DNA of 63,893 nucleotides, filler included, from Actinomycetota bacterium (GTDB lineage: Bacteria; Actinomycetota; CADDZG01; JAHWKV01; JAOPZY01): the NCBI GenBank assembly GCA_025963875.1. It is 5 parts of 5 records of this genome, joined end to end, with 100 filler letters (N's around TTAATTAATTAA, not from the genome) between each part and the next. Parts side by side here need not be neighbours in the genome. Positions count along the whole stretch, not along the records: positions 19,290 to 47,233 come from JAOPZY010000071.1; positions 47,334 to 56,310 come from JAOPZY010000178.1; positions 56,411 to 59,378 come from JAOPZY010000212.1; 2 more parts are not named here. The stretch is one strand, 5' to 3'. How positions within the stretch are numbered: position 1 is the stretch's first letter; every line of letters begins with the position of its first letter. The notes below the pieces were generated by a model. It was not told the DNA's origin. It saw nothing but the letters and a program-made list of their open reading frames with translations, and made no database searches. Position numbers and translations under genes: made by a program. Of this stretch, positions 47,050 through 56,885 are shown piece after piece.

Positions 47050-47233
47050 TTCGCCTCCTCGGGAGCTGCGTCGACCGGAGCGGCGCCGAGCGACTTCGGG
47101 GTGCTCCCCTTCCCCAGCTCGGCCTTCATGCGCTCGAGCTCCGCGTCCACACCGACGGTCAGCAGCCCACGGTCGAGCTCCGCCTGGATGTGGTCGCCGG
47201 GGGCGGAGAGGTCGTCGAGGGCCCCGGAGGCCA
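47046..47233 (-). CDS. pspA: PspA/IM30 family protein, C-terminal part (truncated by contig end)
   Basis: ASGALDDLS..DHIQAELDR..VDAELERMKAELG; ATGA overlap with pspAA. Confidence 0.85.
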
Positions 47234-47333
47234 NNNNNNNNNNNNNNNNNNNNNNNNNNNNNNNNNNNNNNNNNNNNTTAATTAATTAANNNNNNNNNNN
47301 NNNNNNNNNNNNNNNNNNNNNNNNNNNNNNNNN
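47234..47333. other. Artificial contig linker
   Basis: N-TTAATTAATTAA-N. Confidence 0.98.
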
Positions 47334-47439
47334 TGACCGAGCTGCGTTTCGCCGAAAACACGCCGGTGGGGGACCTCCCCACCCGCCTCGCCGGATGGCC
47401 TGACACTCGCTCCTTGGGCGGAGCGTCAGGATTATAGCA
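47334..47439 (-). promoter_or_regulatory. Consensus extended -10 promoter (TGCTATAAT) with a structured leader
   Basis: TGCTATAAT at 47439-47431 followed by three consecutive hairpins; the downstream gene lies beyond the contig end. Confidence 0.55.
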
Positions 47440-47453
47440 GAACCGCTCCTATG

Positions 47454-47594
47454 CTAGAGATCCTCCATTCCGTCGAACTCCGCCGGGTGCACAGGTTCGG
47501 CTGCGCCGGCCAGGACGCGGTCCATCCGTGCGGTGAACGCCAGGGCGATCACACAGAAGAGCATCAGGGCGGAAACGATCAGGCCGGCAAGCAT
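47454..47594 (-). CDS. Putative 46-aa single-TM protein
   Basis: MLAGLIVSALMLFCVIALAFTARMDR..; GGAG upstream. Confidence 0.4.
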   Translation of the reverse strand: MLAGLIVSALMLFCVIALAFTARMDRVLAGAAEPVHPAEFDGMEDL

Positions 47595-47915
47595 GTCAGA
47601 GAGATCTCCGAGGCGGCTCGCCACAAAACATAGAAGTGGACCGCGGATTTGCGCGACCGCCCTCCGGGTACGAAGCGATGATTGGCCGGCGACGCGGCCT
47701 ACGGGTGATCGGGCTTTTGCCTGGCGTTGCTGGGGTGTGCCGTCCAGGCGCACGGGGTGGGCCCGGCCCGACGTTCGGCAGCCACGGTAAGGACCACCCG
47801 GTCGCCGCACAGCCGGCAAACGGCGATGCGAGGGATCTTCTCCCTCTGGGTCCCGGGCGGCGTCCAGCGAGCGCAAGGCGAGCCTGACATGTGGATCCGA
47901 CGATAAGCGCGTTGT

Positions 47916-48005
47916 GTGAACGCCAGGTTGCGCCTGCCTGAACACCGTGTGTCGGCGGCCCCGTCGGGCAACGTTCCTGGATCGTTCACGCTCCCGTCAC
48001 AGCCG
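47916..48005. promoter_or_regulatory. PHO-box-like 11-bp direct repeats
   Basis: Plus strand GTTCCTGGATC/GTTCACGCTCC/CGTCACAGCCG at 47973-48005; minus strand GTTCA units 22 bp apart at 47943 and 47921. Confidence 0.65.
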
Positions 48006-48069
48006 TGTGGCCGGACGTTCGCGGCGGTTTCCTAGGATGCTCGGCGTCCAACTATCGGAGGGAGGGACG

Positions 48070-49938
48070 ATGGCTTCGACACGCCTGCGAGACCGCTTCG
48101 GCGGGAGGGTCATGCCGCCAGCGCTCGCGATTGCAGCCACGGTCGGTCTCGTCACATTCACGGCTGCCGGCCAGACCGTGGCCAACGGTCGCCGCAGCGC
48201 GGGGGTCACCGCCAGCCCGATCAAGCACCTGGTGGTGATCTTCCAGGAGAATGTCTCCTTCGACCACTACTTCGGCACCTATCCCAAGGCTGCCAACACC
48301 TCGGGCGACCCGTTCCACGCCGCGTACGGCACCCCGAGTGTCAACGGCCTCGTGAACAACCCGGGGGTCAGCGGCACCGGGACCCTGCTGACGAACAACC
48401 CGAACAAGGACGCGACGGGAAACCAGGTCAACCCCAAGCGCTACGACCCGGCCACCATCAACGACGTCCTCACCTGCGACCAGAACCACGGCTACCCCGA
48501 CGAGCAGAAGGCCTTCAACGGCGGCGCGATGGACAAGTTCGTGACCACGGTGGGCACCGGCACCGGCAAGAGCCCCACCGGCCAGCCCTGCAACGCCTCC
48601 GACGTCATGAACTACTACGACGGCAACACCGTGACCGGGCTCTGGAACTACGCCCAGAAGTTCGCCATGAGCGACAACTCCTTCAACACCACCTTCGGTC
48701 CGTCCGCGCCGGGAGCCATCAACCTCATCTCGGGCCAGACCAACGGCGTGGACAAGGCCATCAACGGAGCCCTGACCAACGGGGACACCGTCCCCGGCGG
48801 TCCGGGAGCCTCCCCGACCGTGATCGAGGACCCGCAGCCGTACTACGACGACTGCTCCACCCGTGACGCGGTCTCGCTGTCAGGCCGCAACGTCGGCGAC
48901 AACCTCAACGCCGCCGGCATCTCGTGGGGCTGGTTCCAGGGCGGCTTCAAGCCCTCGACCCCCTTCACGGTTGCGGCCACGAAGATCGGCGCCACCACGG
49001 CGACCGCGGTCTTCACGCCCGACGAGTTCAAGGGCAAGGGCTTCAACACGCCTCCCGCCTCCGACCAGGGCATCTGCAACACCGCCCACCCGGTCGGGGC
49101 AGGCATCGGGGGTACGGGGACCGGCTCGACGAACTACGGCAGCAAGGACGACTACATCCCGCACCACGAGCCGTTCCAGTACTACGCCTCCACCGCCAAC
49201 CCGCACCACCTGGCGCCTGCCTCGCTCTCGGCGATCGGGACCGACACACAGAGCTTCGCGGGTGGGGTGCCACAGTTCGACACCGCCAACCACAACTACG
49301 ACACGAGCGATTTCAACTCCCTGGTAGGGGCCATCACCCGCGGCTACGTCTCGCCCGACCACCTGCCCGCCGTCAGCTTCCTCAAGGCTCCCGGCTACCA
49401 GGACGGCCACGCAGGCTACTCCGACCCCGTCGACGAGCAGCAGTTCGTGGCCGAGGAGATCAACGCCCTGCAGCAAACGCCCGACTGGTCGTCGACCGCG
49501 GTCGTCGTCTCCTACGACGACTCCGACGGCTGGTACGACCACGTGTACAGCGGGATCCACAACACCTCGAACACCTCGGCGGTCGCCACCCCTCCCGGCC
49601 CCCAGGACTTCCTGACCGGCGCCGGGCTCTGTGGTGACACGACGGCCAACCCGCCCCTCGGCGGCGCGAACGGGCGCTGCGGCTACGGCCCCCGCCTGCC
49701 GCTGCTGGTGATCTCGCCCTGGACCAAGCACAACTTCGTCGACCACACGCTGACGGACCAGAGCTCGATCCTGGCCTTCGTCGAGCAGAACTGGCACCTG
49801 CCGAAGATCGCCAACTCGTTCGACGCCATCGCGGGGAGCCTGAACAACATGTTCGACTTCAGTCAGCACAACCCCAACGCCAAGCTCTACCTCGACCCGA
49901 CGACCGGCCAGCCGTTCGATCAGAACATGTCCCACTGA
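48070..49938 (+). CDS. Secreted phosphoesterase (phospholipase C / acid phosphatase AcpA family)
   Basis: IKHLVVIFQENVSFDHYFG, SDNSF..FGPS, YDDSDGWYDH, GYGPRLPLLVISP; RBS GGAGGG. Confidence 0.93.
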   Translation: MASTRLRDRFGGRVMPPALAIAATVGLVTFTAAGQTVANGRRSAGVTASPIKHLVVIFQENVSFDHYFGTYPKAANTSGDPFHAAYGTPSVNGLVNNPGVSGTGTLLTNNPNKDATGNQVNPKRYDPATINDVLTCDQNHGYPDEQKAFNGGAMDKFVTTVGTGTGKSPTGQPCNASDVMNYYDGNTVTGLWNYAQKFAMSDNSFNTTFGPSAPGAINLISGQTNGVDKAINGALTNGDTVPGGPGASPTVIEDPQPYYDDCSTRDAVSLSGRNVGDNLNAAGISWGWFQGGFKPSTPFTVAATKIGATTATAVFTPDEFKGKGFNTPPASDQGICNTAHPVGAGIGGTGTGSTNYGSKDDYIPHHEPFQYYASTANPHHLAPASLSAIGTDTQSFAGGVPQFDTANHNYDTSDFNSLVGAITRGYVSPDHLPAVSFLKAPGYQDGHAGYSDPVDEQQFVAEEINALQQTPDWSSTAVVVSYDDSDGWYDHVYSGIHNTSNTSAVATPPGPQDFLTGAGLCGDTTANPPLGGANGRCGYGPRLPLLVISPWTKHNFVDHTLTDQSSILAFVEQNWHLPKIANSFDAIAGSLNNMFDFSQHNPNAKLYLDPTTGQPFDQNMSH

Positions 49939-49956
49939 CCAGCTGACCAGGCGGGA

Positions 49957-50063
49957 AGTCCGGGGCCCAGCGCGCGCAGGTGCGCGCTGGGCCCCTAACG
50001 TTCTGCTCTGGCCCGAACTTAGGAGCCGGGCGCGTGCCAGCGCGCGCTGGGGCCCTAACTTCC
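49957..50063 (+). repeat. Two tandem diverged REP-like hairpins
   Basis: CTGGCCCGAACTTAGGAGCC..CGCGCGCTGGGGCCCTAAC aligns with the GTTGGGAGC family; lies between convergent genes. Confidence 0.7.
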
Positions 50064-50104
50064 TCGTCCGCCCCCGGGGAGATCCGCCCCCGGGGGGCTC
50101 CGCC

Positions 50105-51442
50105 TTACTCCTGGCCACCCCCGGGCGAGCGGATCGCCGGCACCGTCAGGACGAAGCGGGACCCCCGCCCCAGCTCGCTCTCCACCTGGACCCAGCCGTT
50201 GTGCTGCTCCACCACGTGGCGGACGATCGACAGGCCGAGGCCCGTGCCACCGGTCTCCCGGGAGCGTGCCCGGTCGACCCGGTAGAAGCGCTCGAAAATC
50301 CGGCTCAGGTCCTTGCCCGGGATGCCCGGGCCGGTGTCGGCGACCTCGACCTTGGCGTGCCCGTCCTCCACCCACAGGCGCACGGACACCTCGCCGGCGA
50401 GGGTGTAGCGCAGCGCATTGTCGAGCAGGTTGCGGAGGGCGAGCGAGAGGTCCTCCGGGGTCCCGGCCACTACGACGCCTCGGGCGACCTCCTCCCGTAC
50501 CGTGAGGCCCTTCTCCTCGGCCTCCGGCCGGATGCGGTCCGCCTCCTGCATCACGACCTTCGTGAGCGAGACGACGGTGCGCTCCGCCGGCCGCCCTTCG
50601 AGGCGCGCGAGGTCGAGGAGGTCCTGCACGAGGTTGGAAAGGCGGCGGATCTCCGACAGCAGGGTGCGCATGAACCGCGGGACGGCCTCGGGGTCGTCCA
50701 TCACCGCCATCTCGAGCGTCTCCGCGACCGCCTGGATGGAGGCGACGGGCGTCTTCATCTCGTGGGAGGCGTCCGCGACGAAGTCACGCCGCATCGCCTC
50801 GATGCGCTTCGCCTCGGTCACGTCCTGGATGGCCACGAGGCGCCGCCCGTCCCCGAGCCGCAGGCAGGTGGCCTTGAGGTCGCGCCGGCGGGGGTGACGG
50901 AGCGTCAGCTCGACCGGGCCCTCCGTACGGAGCTGCGAGGGCAGCGTCGATGCCCCGGGGAGCAGCCCCTCGGCCGCCGGGTTGGCGTACAGGATGCGGC
51001 CCGACGCGTCCGCCAGCACGACGCCCTCCGACATGGACGACAGGATCTGCTCGCGCAGGCCCGACTCCCGGTTCAGATCGGCCAGGCGGCCGGTCAGCTC
51101 TCCGGCGACCTGTTCCAGGGCGCCGGCGAGCCGGCGCACCTCCGCCGGGCCCCGGTCGCCAAGGATCGGCGGCCCGGGGCGCTCCTCGAGGCGCCGGGTG
51201 TCTTCGCTGCTGGAGAGCGACGTGAACAGGGCCCCGCTGACCTCCTGCAGGGGTCCCGAGATCCAACGTCCCGTCCGCAGGGCAAGCACAGCCCCGAGCA
51301 CGGCGCCGGCAGCCACCGCCAATCCCACCGCAACCGGCTCCGGCAGCCCCGCCGACACCCCGGCCGCCAGCACCACAAGGGACGCCGCCACGACCACTAG
51401 ATGGGTGGCGACCAGCCGCCGGCCGAGCTTCCAGCCGGTCAC
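50105..51442 (-). CDS. Sensor histidine kinase (PhoR/SenX3-like)
   Basis: DFVADASHEMKTP H-box, NLLDNALRY, DTGPGI, GGTGLGL. Confidence 0.93.
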   Translation of the reverse strand: MTGWKLGRRLVATHLVVVAASLVVLAAGVSAGLPEPVAVGLAVAAGAVLGAVLALRTGRWISGPLQEVSGALFTSLSSSEDTRRLEERPGPPILGDRGPAEVRRLAGALEQVAGELTGRLADLNRESGLREQILSSMSEGVVLADASGRILYANPAAEGLLPGASTLPSQLRTEGPVELTLRHPRRRDLKATCLRLGDGRRLVAIQDVTEAKRIEAMRRDFVADASHEMKTPVASIQAVAETLEMAVMDDPEAVPRFMRTLLSEIRRLSNLVQDLLDLARLEGRPAERTVVSLTKVVMQEADRIRPEAEEKGLTVREEVARGVVVAGTPEDLSLALRNLLDNALRYTLAGEVSVRLWVEDGHAKVEVADTGPGIPGKDLSRIFERFYRVDRARSRETGGTGLGLSIVRHVVEQHNGWVQVESELGRGSRFVLTVPAIRSPGGGQE

Positions 51443-52200
51443 GTCTGCTCCCGCTCCGGCAACGGGGGGCTGGGGCCGGCCTTTCCGTCGGCCCCGCCGT
51501 CACCGGCTTTCGGTCGGAGACGGAAGCGGTACCCGAGCCCCCGGACCGTCTCGATGTACAGGTACGTGGATCCATCCTCCACCTTGCGCCGCAGGTTCTT
51601 CACGTGGGTGTCGATCGTCCGCGTGTCGCCGAGGTGGCTGTAGCCCCAGATCTCCTCGGCCAGCTCCAGCCGGGAGAACAGCCGGCCGGGCTCGGAGGCG
51701 AGGCGGGCCAGCAGCGAGAACTCCTTGGGCCGGAGGGCGACCTCCGTACCGCCCACCCAGCAGCGGAAGTCCCTCGCCACCAGACGCAGATCCCCAAAGC
51801 GGACCTCCGCCGGCGTCTCCGTCCGGATGGCCTCCGCCCGGGACCGCCGTACCAGCGCCTTCACCCGCACCACGAGCTCGTCCATCGAGAAGGGCTTGGT
51901 GAGGTAGTCGTCCGCACCGGCCGCAAAGCCACGGAGCTTGACCTCCTCCTCCCCCCTGGCCGTCAGCATGAGGATGGGCAGGTCGGGCCGCGCCGCCCGC
52001 AGCTGCTCGGCGACCTGGACGCCATCGAGGTAGGGCAGCATCACGTCGAGCAGCACCAGGGACACGTCCTTCGCCCGGGCACGTTGCAGTCCTCCGGGAC
52101 CGTCGTGGGCTACCTCGACCTCGAGGCCCTGGCGCCGAAGGTTGTAGGACACCATCTCGGCCATGGTGGGGTCGTCTTCGACGACGAGGACCAGCGCCAC
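51439..52200 (-). CDS. OmpR-family response regulator (PhoP/RegX3-like)
   Basis: VVEDD, LLDVMLP, GADDYLTKPF, RTIDTHV, TVRGLGY. Confidence 0.94.
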   Translation of the reverse strand: MALVLVVEDDPTMAEMVSYNLRRQGLEVEVAHDGPGGLQRARAKDVSLVLLDVMLPYLDGVQVAEQLRAARPDLPILMLTARGEEEVKLRGFAAGADDYLTKPFSMDELVVRVKALVRRSRAEAIRTETPAEVRFGDLRLVARDFRCWVGGTEVALRPKEFSLLARLASEPGRLFSRLELAEEIWGYSHLGDTRTIDTHVKNLRRKVEDGSTYLYIETVRGLGYRFRLRPKAGDGGADGKAGPSPPLPEREQT

Positions 52201-52219
52201 CTTCCCACTCCCACTCCCG

Positions 52220-52341
52220 GTTCACCGCAACGTTCACGTGCAGTTCAACTGCATTCCACCATGCCGCGCCCCCGCGCGGAGCGCCCCGTTGGGCCGAAGG
52301 GTGCGGCGTGCGTCACAAAGTTCACATAAAGTTCGCGGTGA
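52220..52341 (+). promoter_or_regulatory. PHO-box arrays between the regulator and pstS
   Basis: GTTCACC/GTTCACG/GTTCAAC at 52220, 52232 and 52243; GTTCAC/GTTCGC at 52320 and 52331. Confidence 0.78.
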
Positions 52342-52497
52342 GGACACCTTGCTCCCGCCACCCGCCGCTACCGTCGGAAGCGTGGAAGGACCGGTTCACC
52401 ACCCAGCGCGTCCCCTCGCGGTCGCGTGCCGCCCCCCACGCCGGAGAAGGCCAAGAAGGCGGGCCCCGTGTGGCCCCAGAGGAGAAGGAGTAGTCGA

Positions 52498-53622
52498 GTG
52501 AGACGTTCGAAGCTGTTCGTGGTCGTGACTCTGATCATGGGGATGGTGGCGGTGGCTTGTTCGAGCACCAAGACCACAACCAGCCCCTCGCAGAGCACGT
52601 CGGCGAGCTCATCCAGCAGCGCCGCGGCCATCCAGCCGGCGTCGTCGATCACCGGCGACGGCAGCACGTTCGCCCAGCCCCTGTACAACAAGTGGGGCAC
52701 CGACTTCAACGCCGCCCAGCACATCCAGGTGAACTACACCGGCACCGGCTCGTCGCAGGGCATCAAGGACATCGCTGCCAAGACGGTCGACTTCGCCGGC
52801 ACCGATGCGCCCTACTCGGCCCCCGCCACCCAGACGGCCACCATCCTCAACGTTCCCACCGCCCTCGGCGCGGTGGCGGTCATCTACAACCTGCCGGGCG
52901 TGGCGACGCTGAACCTCAGCGCCCAGACGCTCGCTGACATCTTCCAGGGCAAGCTCGCCGCATGGAACAACGCCGAGATCAAGGCGGACAACCCCGGCGT
53001 CACCCTGCCGAACACCCCGATCACGGTCGTCCACCGCTCGGACGGCTCGGGCACCACGTACATCTTCACGACGTTCCTCTCGACCGTGAGCACCGACTTC
53101 AAGTCCAAGATCGGTGCCGGGACCGGACCGACCTGGCCAACCACCGCCCAGTTCAAGGCAGGCGCCAAGAGCGCCGGCGTCGACGCGGTGGTCAAGAGCA
53201 CCGCAGGCGGCATCGGCTACGTCGAGTTGACCTATGCCCAGCAGACCAAGACCCAGGTGGCCAAGATCCAGAACGGCGACAAGACCGCCTACGTGGCGCC
53301 CACCGTCAGCACGACGGCCGCCGCGGCCGCGGACTTCGACTTCTCTCCCCTCACACCGACCAACCTGGTCTTCAACCTGCTGAACGCCCCGGGCAAGGAC
53401 GCCTACCCCATCGCCGGGCCCACCTACGCCCTCGTCTACCAGCAGCAGAGCGACGGCCCCAAGGGCGCCGCGGTGGTGAACTTCCTCAACTACGGGCTGA
53501 CCACCGGCCAGGCGTCGGAGGCGGCTCTGTACTACGTCGCCCTGCCCGCCGCCCTCCAGACGAAGTGTCTCGCGGCATTGAAAACGGTGGTCTTCAATGG
53601 CCAGCCCCTGCTGGCCGGATAG
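52498..53622 (+). CDS. pstS: Phosphate ABC transporter substrate-binding lipoprotein
   Basis: Lipobox AVAC; GDGSTF, GSSQG, HRSDGSGTT, AYPI. Confidence 0.95.
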   Translation: MRRSKLFVVVTLIMGMVAVACSSTKTTTSPSQSTSASSSSSAAAIQPASSITGDGSTFAQPLYNKWGTDFNAAQHIQVNYTGTGSSQGIKDIAAKTVDFAGTDAPYSAPATQTATILNVPTALGAVAVIYNLPGVATLNLSAQTLADIFQGKLAAWNNAEIKADNPGVTLPNTPITVVHRSDGSGTTYIFTTFLSTVSTDFKSKIGAGTGPTWPTTAQFKAGAKSAGVDAVVKSTAGGIGYVELTYAQQTKTQVAKIQNGDKTAYVAPTVSTTAAAAADFDFSPLTPTNLVFNLLNAPGKDAYPIAGPTYALVYQQQSDGPKGAAVVNFLNYGLTTGQASEAALYYVALPAALQTKCLAALKTVVFNGQPLLAG

Positions 53623-53631
53623 GAGCTGTTC

Positions 53632-54594
53632 CTGAGCACGACAGAAACCACCGACGTAGCCACGCTCACCGTCCGTGAGCGTGGGTCACTCACCGGGCGA
53701 CGCCGTTCCGAAGGCGTCGCCCGGTGGGTCGCCATGCTCGGGGCGTCCGCGCTGCTGCTGGCGCTGGCGCTCATGGTCGTCCGCTTCCTCCAGCTCTCCT
53801 GGCCGGTCTGGAAGGCGCACGGCCTGGGGTGGATCGTCGGGACCCACTGGGCACCCGCCGAGGGCATCTTCGGGGCGCTCCCCTTCATCGTCGGGACGGT
53901 CGTCACGTCGGTCATCGCCCTGGTGATCGGGACGCCGATCGCCCTGGGGACCGCGCTGTTCGTCTCGGAGATTGCGCCGGCGAAGATCCGGCGTCCCATC
54001 TCCGACCTCATCGACCTCCTGGCGGCGGTGCCGTCGGTGATCTACGGCTTGTGGGGCATCATCGTCGTCCTGCCGCTGCTCCAGCCCGTCGAGCAGTTCC
54101 TTGCGGACTCCCTGGGAAGATTCATCCCGATCTTCGCCGGGCCGCCGAGCGGCACCAGCTTCTTCGCCGCCGGGGTCGTGCTCGCCATCATGATCGTGCC
54201 GACGATCTCGGCGGTGACCCGGGAGGTCTTCGTGACCGTGCCCCAGGACGTGCGGGAGGCCGCCTTCGCCCTGGGGGCCACCCGGTGGGAAATGATCCGC
54301 TACGGGGTGCTCCCGCCCGCCCAGGCCGGCATCGTGGGAGCGGTGATCCTCGGGCTCGGCCGGGCGCTCGGCGAGACCGTCGCCGTGCTCCTGCTCATCG
54401 GCCAGATCCCTTCGATCAGCAAATCGATCTTCTCCGGTGGCTACTCGATGGCGAGCGTCATCGCCAACGAGTTCGGCCAGTCCCAGGAGCCCCTGCACCT
54501 GCAGGCGCTTATCGCCATCGGCCTCGTGCTGTTCGTTGTGACCGTGCTCATGAACATCTTCGCCCGGCTCCTTGTGGGGAGGGCCAAAGCATGA
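53632..54594 (+). CDS. pstC: Phosphate ABC transporter permease (probable CTG start)
   Basis: LLAAVPSVIYGLWG, REAAFALGATRWE, GRALGET; AGGAG precedes CTG 53632; first ATG is at 53734. Confidence 0.93.
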   Translation: MSTTETTDVATLTVRERGSLTGRRRSEGVARWVAMLGASALLLALALMVVRFLQLSWPVWKAHGLGWIVGTHWAPAEGIFGALPFIVGTVVTSVIALVIGTPIALGTALFVSEIAPAKIRRPISDLIDLLAAVPSVIYGLWGIIVVLPLLQPVEQFLADSLGRFIPIFAGPPSGTSFFAAGVVLAIMIVPTISAVTREVFVTVPQDVREAAFALGATRWEMIRYGVLPPAQAGIVGAVILGLGRALGETVAVLLLIGQIPSISKSIFSGGYSMASVIANEFGQSQEPLHLQALIAIGLVLFVVTVLMNIFARLLVGRAKA

Positions 54595-55442
54595 AAGGCG
54601 TTTCGGCCAGGCGGAGGGCCACCGACCGGACGATGCTCACCTTCCTGGTCCTGGCGGTGCTGCTCGCGCTCGTTCCGCTCGCATCGATCCTTGTCGAGGT
54701 GATCCTGAAGGGCATCGGGGCCATCCACGGTCTTAGCTTCTTCACGCAGCCCCCGCCCGGGGACGCCAACGCCTCGGGAGGGGGCCTGGCGAACGCCATC
54801 ATCGGGACCCTCACCATGGTGGCGCTGGCCGCGGTGGTCTTCATCCCGCTCGGGATCCTCGGCGCCGTCTACCTGACCGAGTTCGCCTCCGGCAACCGGC
54901 TCTCGCGGGCGGTGCGCTTCTTCGCCGAGGTCATGACGGGCGTCCCCTCGATCATGGTCGGGGTCTTCGCCTACTCCATCCTGGTCGTGCTGGTCTTCCA
55001 CCACTTCTCGGCTATTGCCGGAGCGTTCGCCCTCGGGCTCATCATGTGGCCGATTGTGCTCAGGACCTCCGAGGAGATGCTGAGCCGGGTCCCCACCAGC
55101 GTGCGGGAAGCCTCGCTGGCCCTTGGCACCCCGAAGTGGCGCACCGTGCTGAAGGTGGTACTCCCGAGCGCCGCGGCGGGCCTCACGACCGGCAGCATGC
55201 TGGCGGTCGCCCGGGCGGCGGGGGAGACCGCCCCGCTCCTGTTCACCGCGCTCGGCAGCCAGTACATCTCGTTCAAGCTCGCCCAGCCGATGTCGGCCCT
55301 GCCACTCGAGATCTTCTCCGGTGCCCAGTCGCCGTTCCCGGACCAGATCCAGCGGGCGTGGGCGGGGGCGCTGACGCTGATCGCTCTGGTGCTCGTGCTT
55401 ACCCTGGTGGCACGGTTCGTCGCCGCGAAAAGGAGCGTCTGA
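54591..55442 (+). CDS. pstA: Phosphate ABC transporter permease
   Basis: [23 protein letters not shown]. Confidence 0.95.
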   Translation: MKGVSARRRATDRTMLTFLVLAVLLALVPLASILVEVILKGIGAIHGLSFFTQPPPGDANASGGGLANAIIGTLTMVALAAVVFIPLGILGAVYLTEFASGNRLSRAVRFFAEVMTGVPSIMVGVFAYSILVVLVFHHFSAIAGAFALGLIMWPIVLRTSEEMLSRVPTSVREASLALGTPKWRTVLKVVLPSAAAGLTTGSMLAVARAAGETAPLLFTALGSQYISFKLAQPMSALPLEIFSGAQSPFPDQIQRAWAGALTLIALVLVLTLVARFVAAKRSV

Positions 55443-55443
55443 C

Positions 55444-56220
55444 ATGGCCGCAAGCTTCGAAATCTCGAACCTCTCGGCCTGGTACGGCAAGCGGCTTGCC
55501 ATCGAGGACATCTCCCTGTCCGTCGAACCCAACCAGGTGACAGCGCTGATCGGTCCTTCCGGATCTGGCAAGTCAACGCTCGTCCGCTGCCTCAACCGTC
55601 TCCACGAGCTGCTCCCCGGCGCCCGCGCGGAGGGCAAGGTCATCCTCGACGGTGAGAACATCTACGACGACGCCGTGGACGCGGTGTCGGTCCGCCGGGC
55701 GGTGGGGATGGTCTTCCAGCGGCCCAACCCCTTCCCCACGATGTCGATCCTCGACAACACCATCGCGGGGTTCAAACTCAACGGCCGCAAGCCGAAAGCG
55801 GAGCTGCAGGAGATCGTCGAGCGGGCACTCACGGCCGCCGGCTTGTGGGACGAGGTGAAGGACCGGCTGAGTGCGGCGGCCACCAGCCTCTCGGGCGGAC
55901 AGCAGCAGCGGCTCTGCATCGCCCGGGCCATCGCCGTCCAGCCGGAGATCCTGCTGATGGACGAGCCGTGCTCCGCCCTCGACCCCGTGGCGACACTGCG
56001 GATCGAGGACCTGATCATGGAGCTGAGGGAGCGGTACACCATCGTCCTCGTCACCCACAACATGCAGCAGGCGGCCCGGGTGGCCGACCGGACGGCGTTT
56101 CTCCTGGGGGAGCTGGCGGGCGACCCCGGCCGGCTCATCGAAATCGGGCCGACCAAGAAGATCTTCACGCAGCCCGAGGACAAACGCACCGAGGGCTACA
56201 TCACCGGAAGGTTCGGGTAA
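55444..56220 (+). CDS. pstB: Phosphate ABC transporter ATP-binding protein
   Basis: [34 protein letters not shown]. Confidence 0.97.
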   Translation: MAASFEISNLSAWYGKRLAIEDISLSVEPNQVTALIGPSGSGKSTLVRCLNRLHELLPGARAEGKVILDGENIYDDAVDAVSVRRAVGMVFQRPNPFPTMSILDNTIAGFKLNGRKPKAELQEIVERALTAAGLWDEVKDRLSAAATSLSGGQQQRLCIARAIAVQPEILLMDEPCSALDPVATLRIEDLIMELRERYTIVLVTHNMQQAARVADRTAFLLGELAGDPGRLIEIGPTKKIFTQPEDKRTEGYITGRFG

Positions 56221-56310
56221 ATGGTCGAGACGCGCTGGCACTTCCACGAACAGCTCGCCGAGCTGGAGTCCATCATCATGCGCATGGGGCTGGCCGCCCA
56301 CGAGCTCTTC
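56221..56310 (+). CDS. phoU: PhoU N-terminus (truncated by contig end)
   Basis: MVETRWHFHEQLAELESIIMRMG immediately after pstB. Confidence 0.78.
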
Positions 56311-56410
56311 NNNNNNNNNNNNNNNNNNNNNNNNNNNNNNNNNNNNNNNNNNNNTTAATTAATTAANNNNNNNNNNNNNNNNNNNNNNNNNNNNNNNNNN
56401 NNNNNNNNNN
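56311..56410. other. Artificial contig linker
   Basis: N-TTAATTAATTAA-N. Confidence 0.98.
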
Positions 56411-56625
56411 TCGAGGGGAAGACCTACTGCTGCTGCCAGCCAACGCAGAGCGTCCGGATGGGGAATGCGACCTCGCTCGTAACCAAGGATGGCCTGGCGG
56501 GTAGCTCCGCAGTGGGTACCTTCGTGGTGGGCGGCCGCGTGCATCCCTCTGGCGACGCCATTCAACGAGAGGCCCTTTCGCTGGCGAGCCCCCGAGACGA
56601 GTTTTGCGAGCGGTAGGTATTCCAC
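56411..56625 (-). CDS. XRE-family helix-turn-helix protein, N-terminal part
   Basis: ARQRKGLSLNGVA..TRQAILGYERGRIP..LRWLAAAVG. Confidence 0.72.
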
Positions 56626-56853
56626 TGACGGGCCCAATACCACGATCCTGTTGCCGAAGGGGACCTTGTCGAATCCTATAGCCGCCTCAGCGCTCACGGC
56701 GTGGTTAGGACGCACCGCTAAATTGACTGCGCGATTGACAAGTTGTGCGACAGCCGGACCAGAGGTTTGGCGGCCAGACGCCAAACGGCAAGGTGGCAGC
56801 CGCCCCGCGTGCCATCAGATTTCTTCCGCCTGACGCCAAAACAGGCCGTTTCC

Positions 56854-56881
56854 TGTCGGCACCCATCCGTACACTTGTTCG
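56854..56881 (+). promoter_or_regulatory. PafBC (RecA-NDp)-type promoter overlapping a LexA-like SOS box
   Basis: TGTCGG-N10-TACACT at 56854-56875; CGTAC-ACTT-GTTCG at 56868-56881. Confidence 0.7.
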
Positions 56882-56885
56882 CACG

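Noticed and set aside
17972..50063. Repeats read as a CRISPR array
   Set aside because: Not regularly spaced, no spacers and no cas genes.
53620..53622. Pyrrolysine or stop readthrough fusing PstS to PstC
   Set aside because: An RBS overlaps the stop, topology would be awkward and no pyl genes are visible; separate initiation is simpler.
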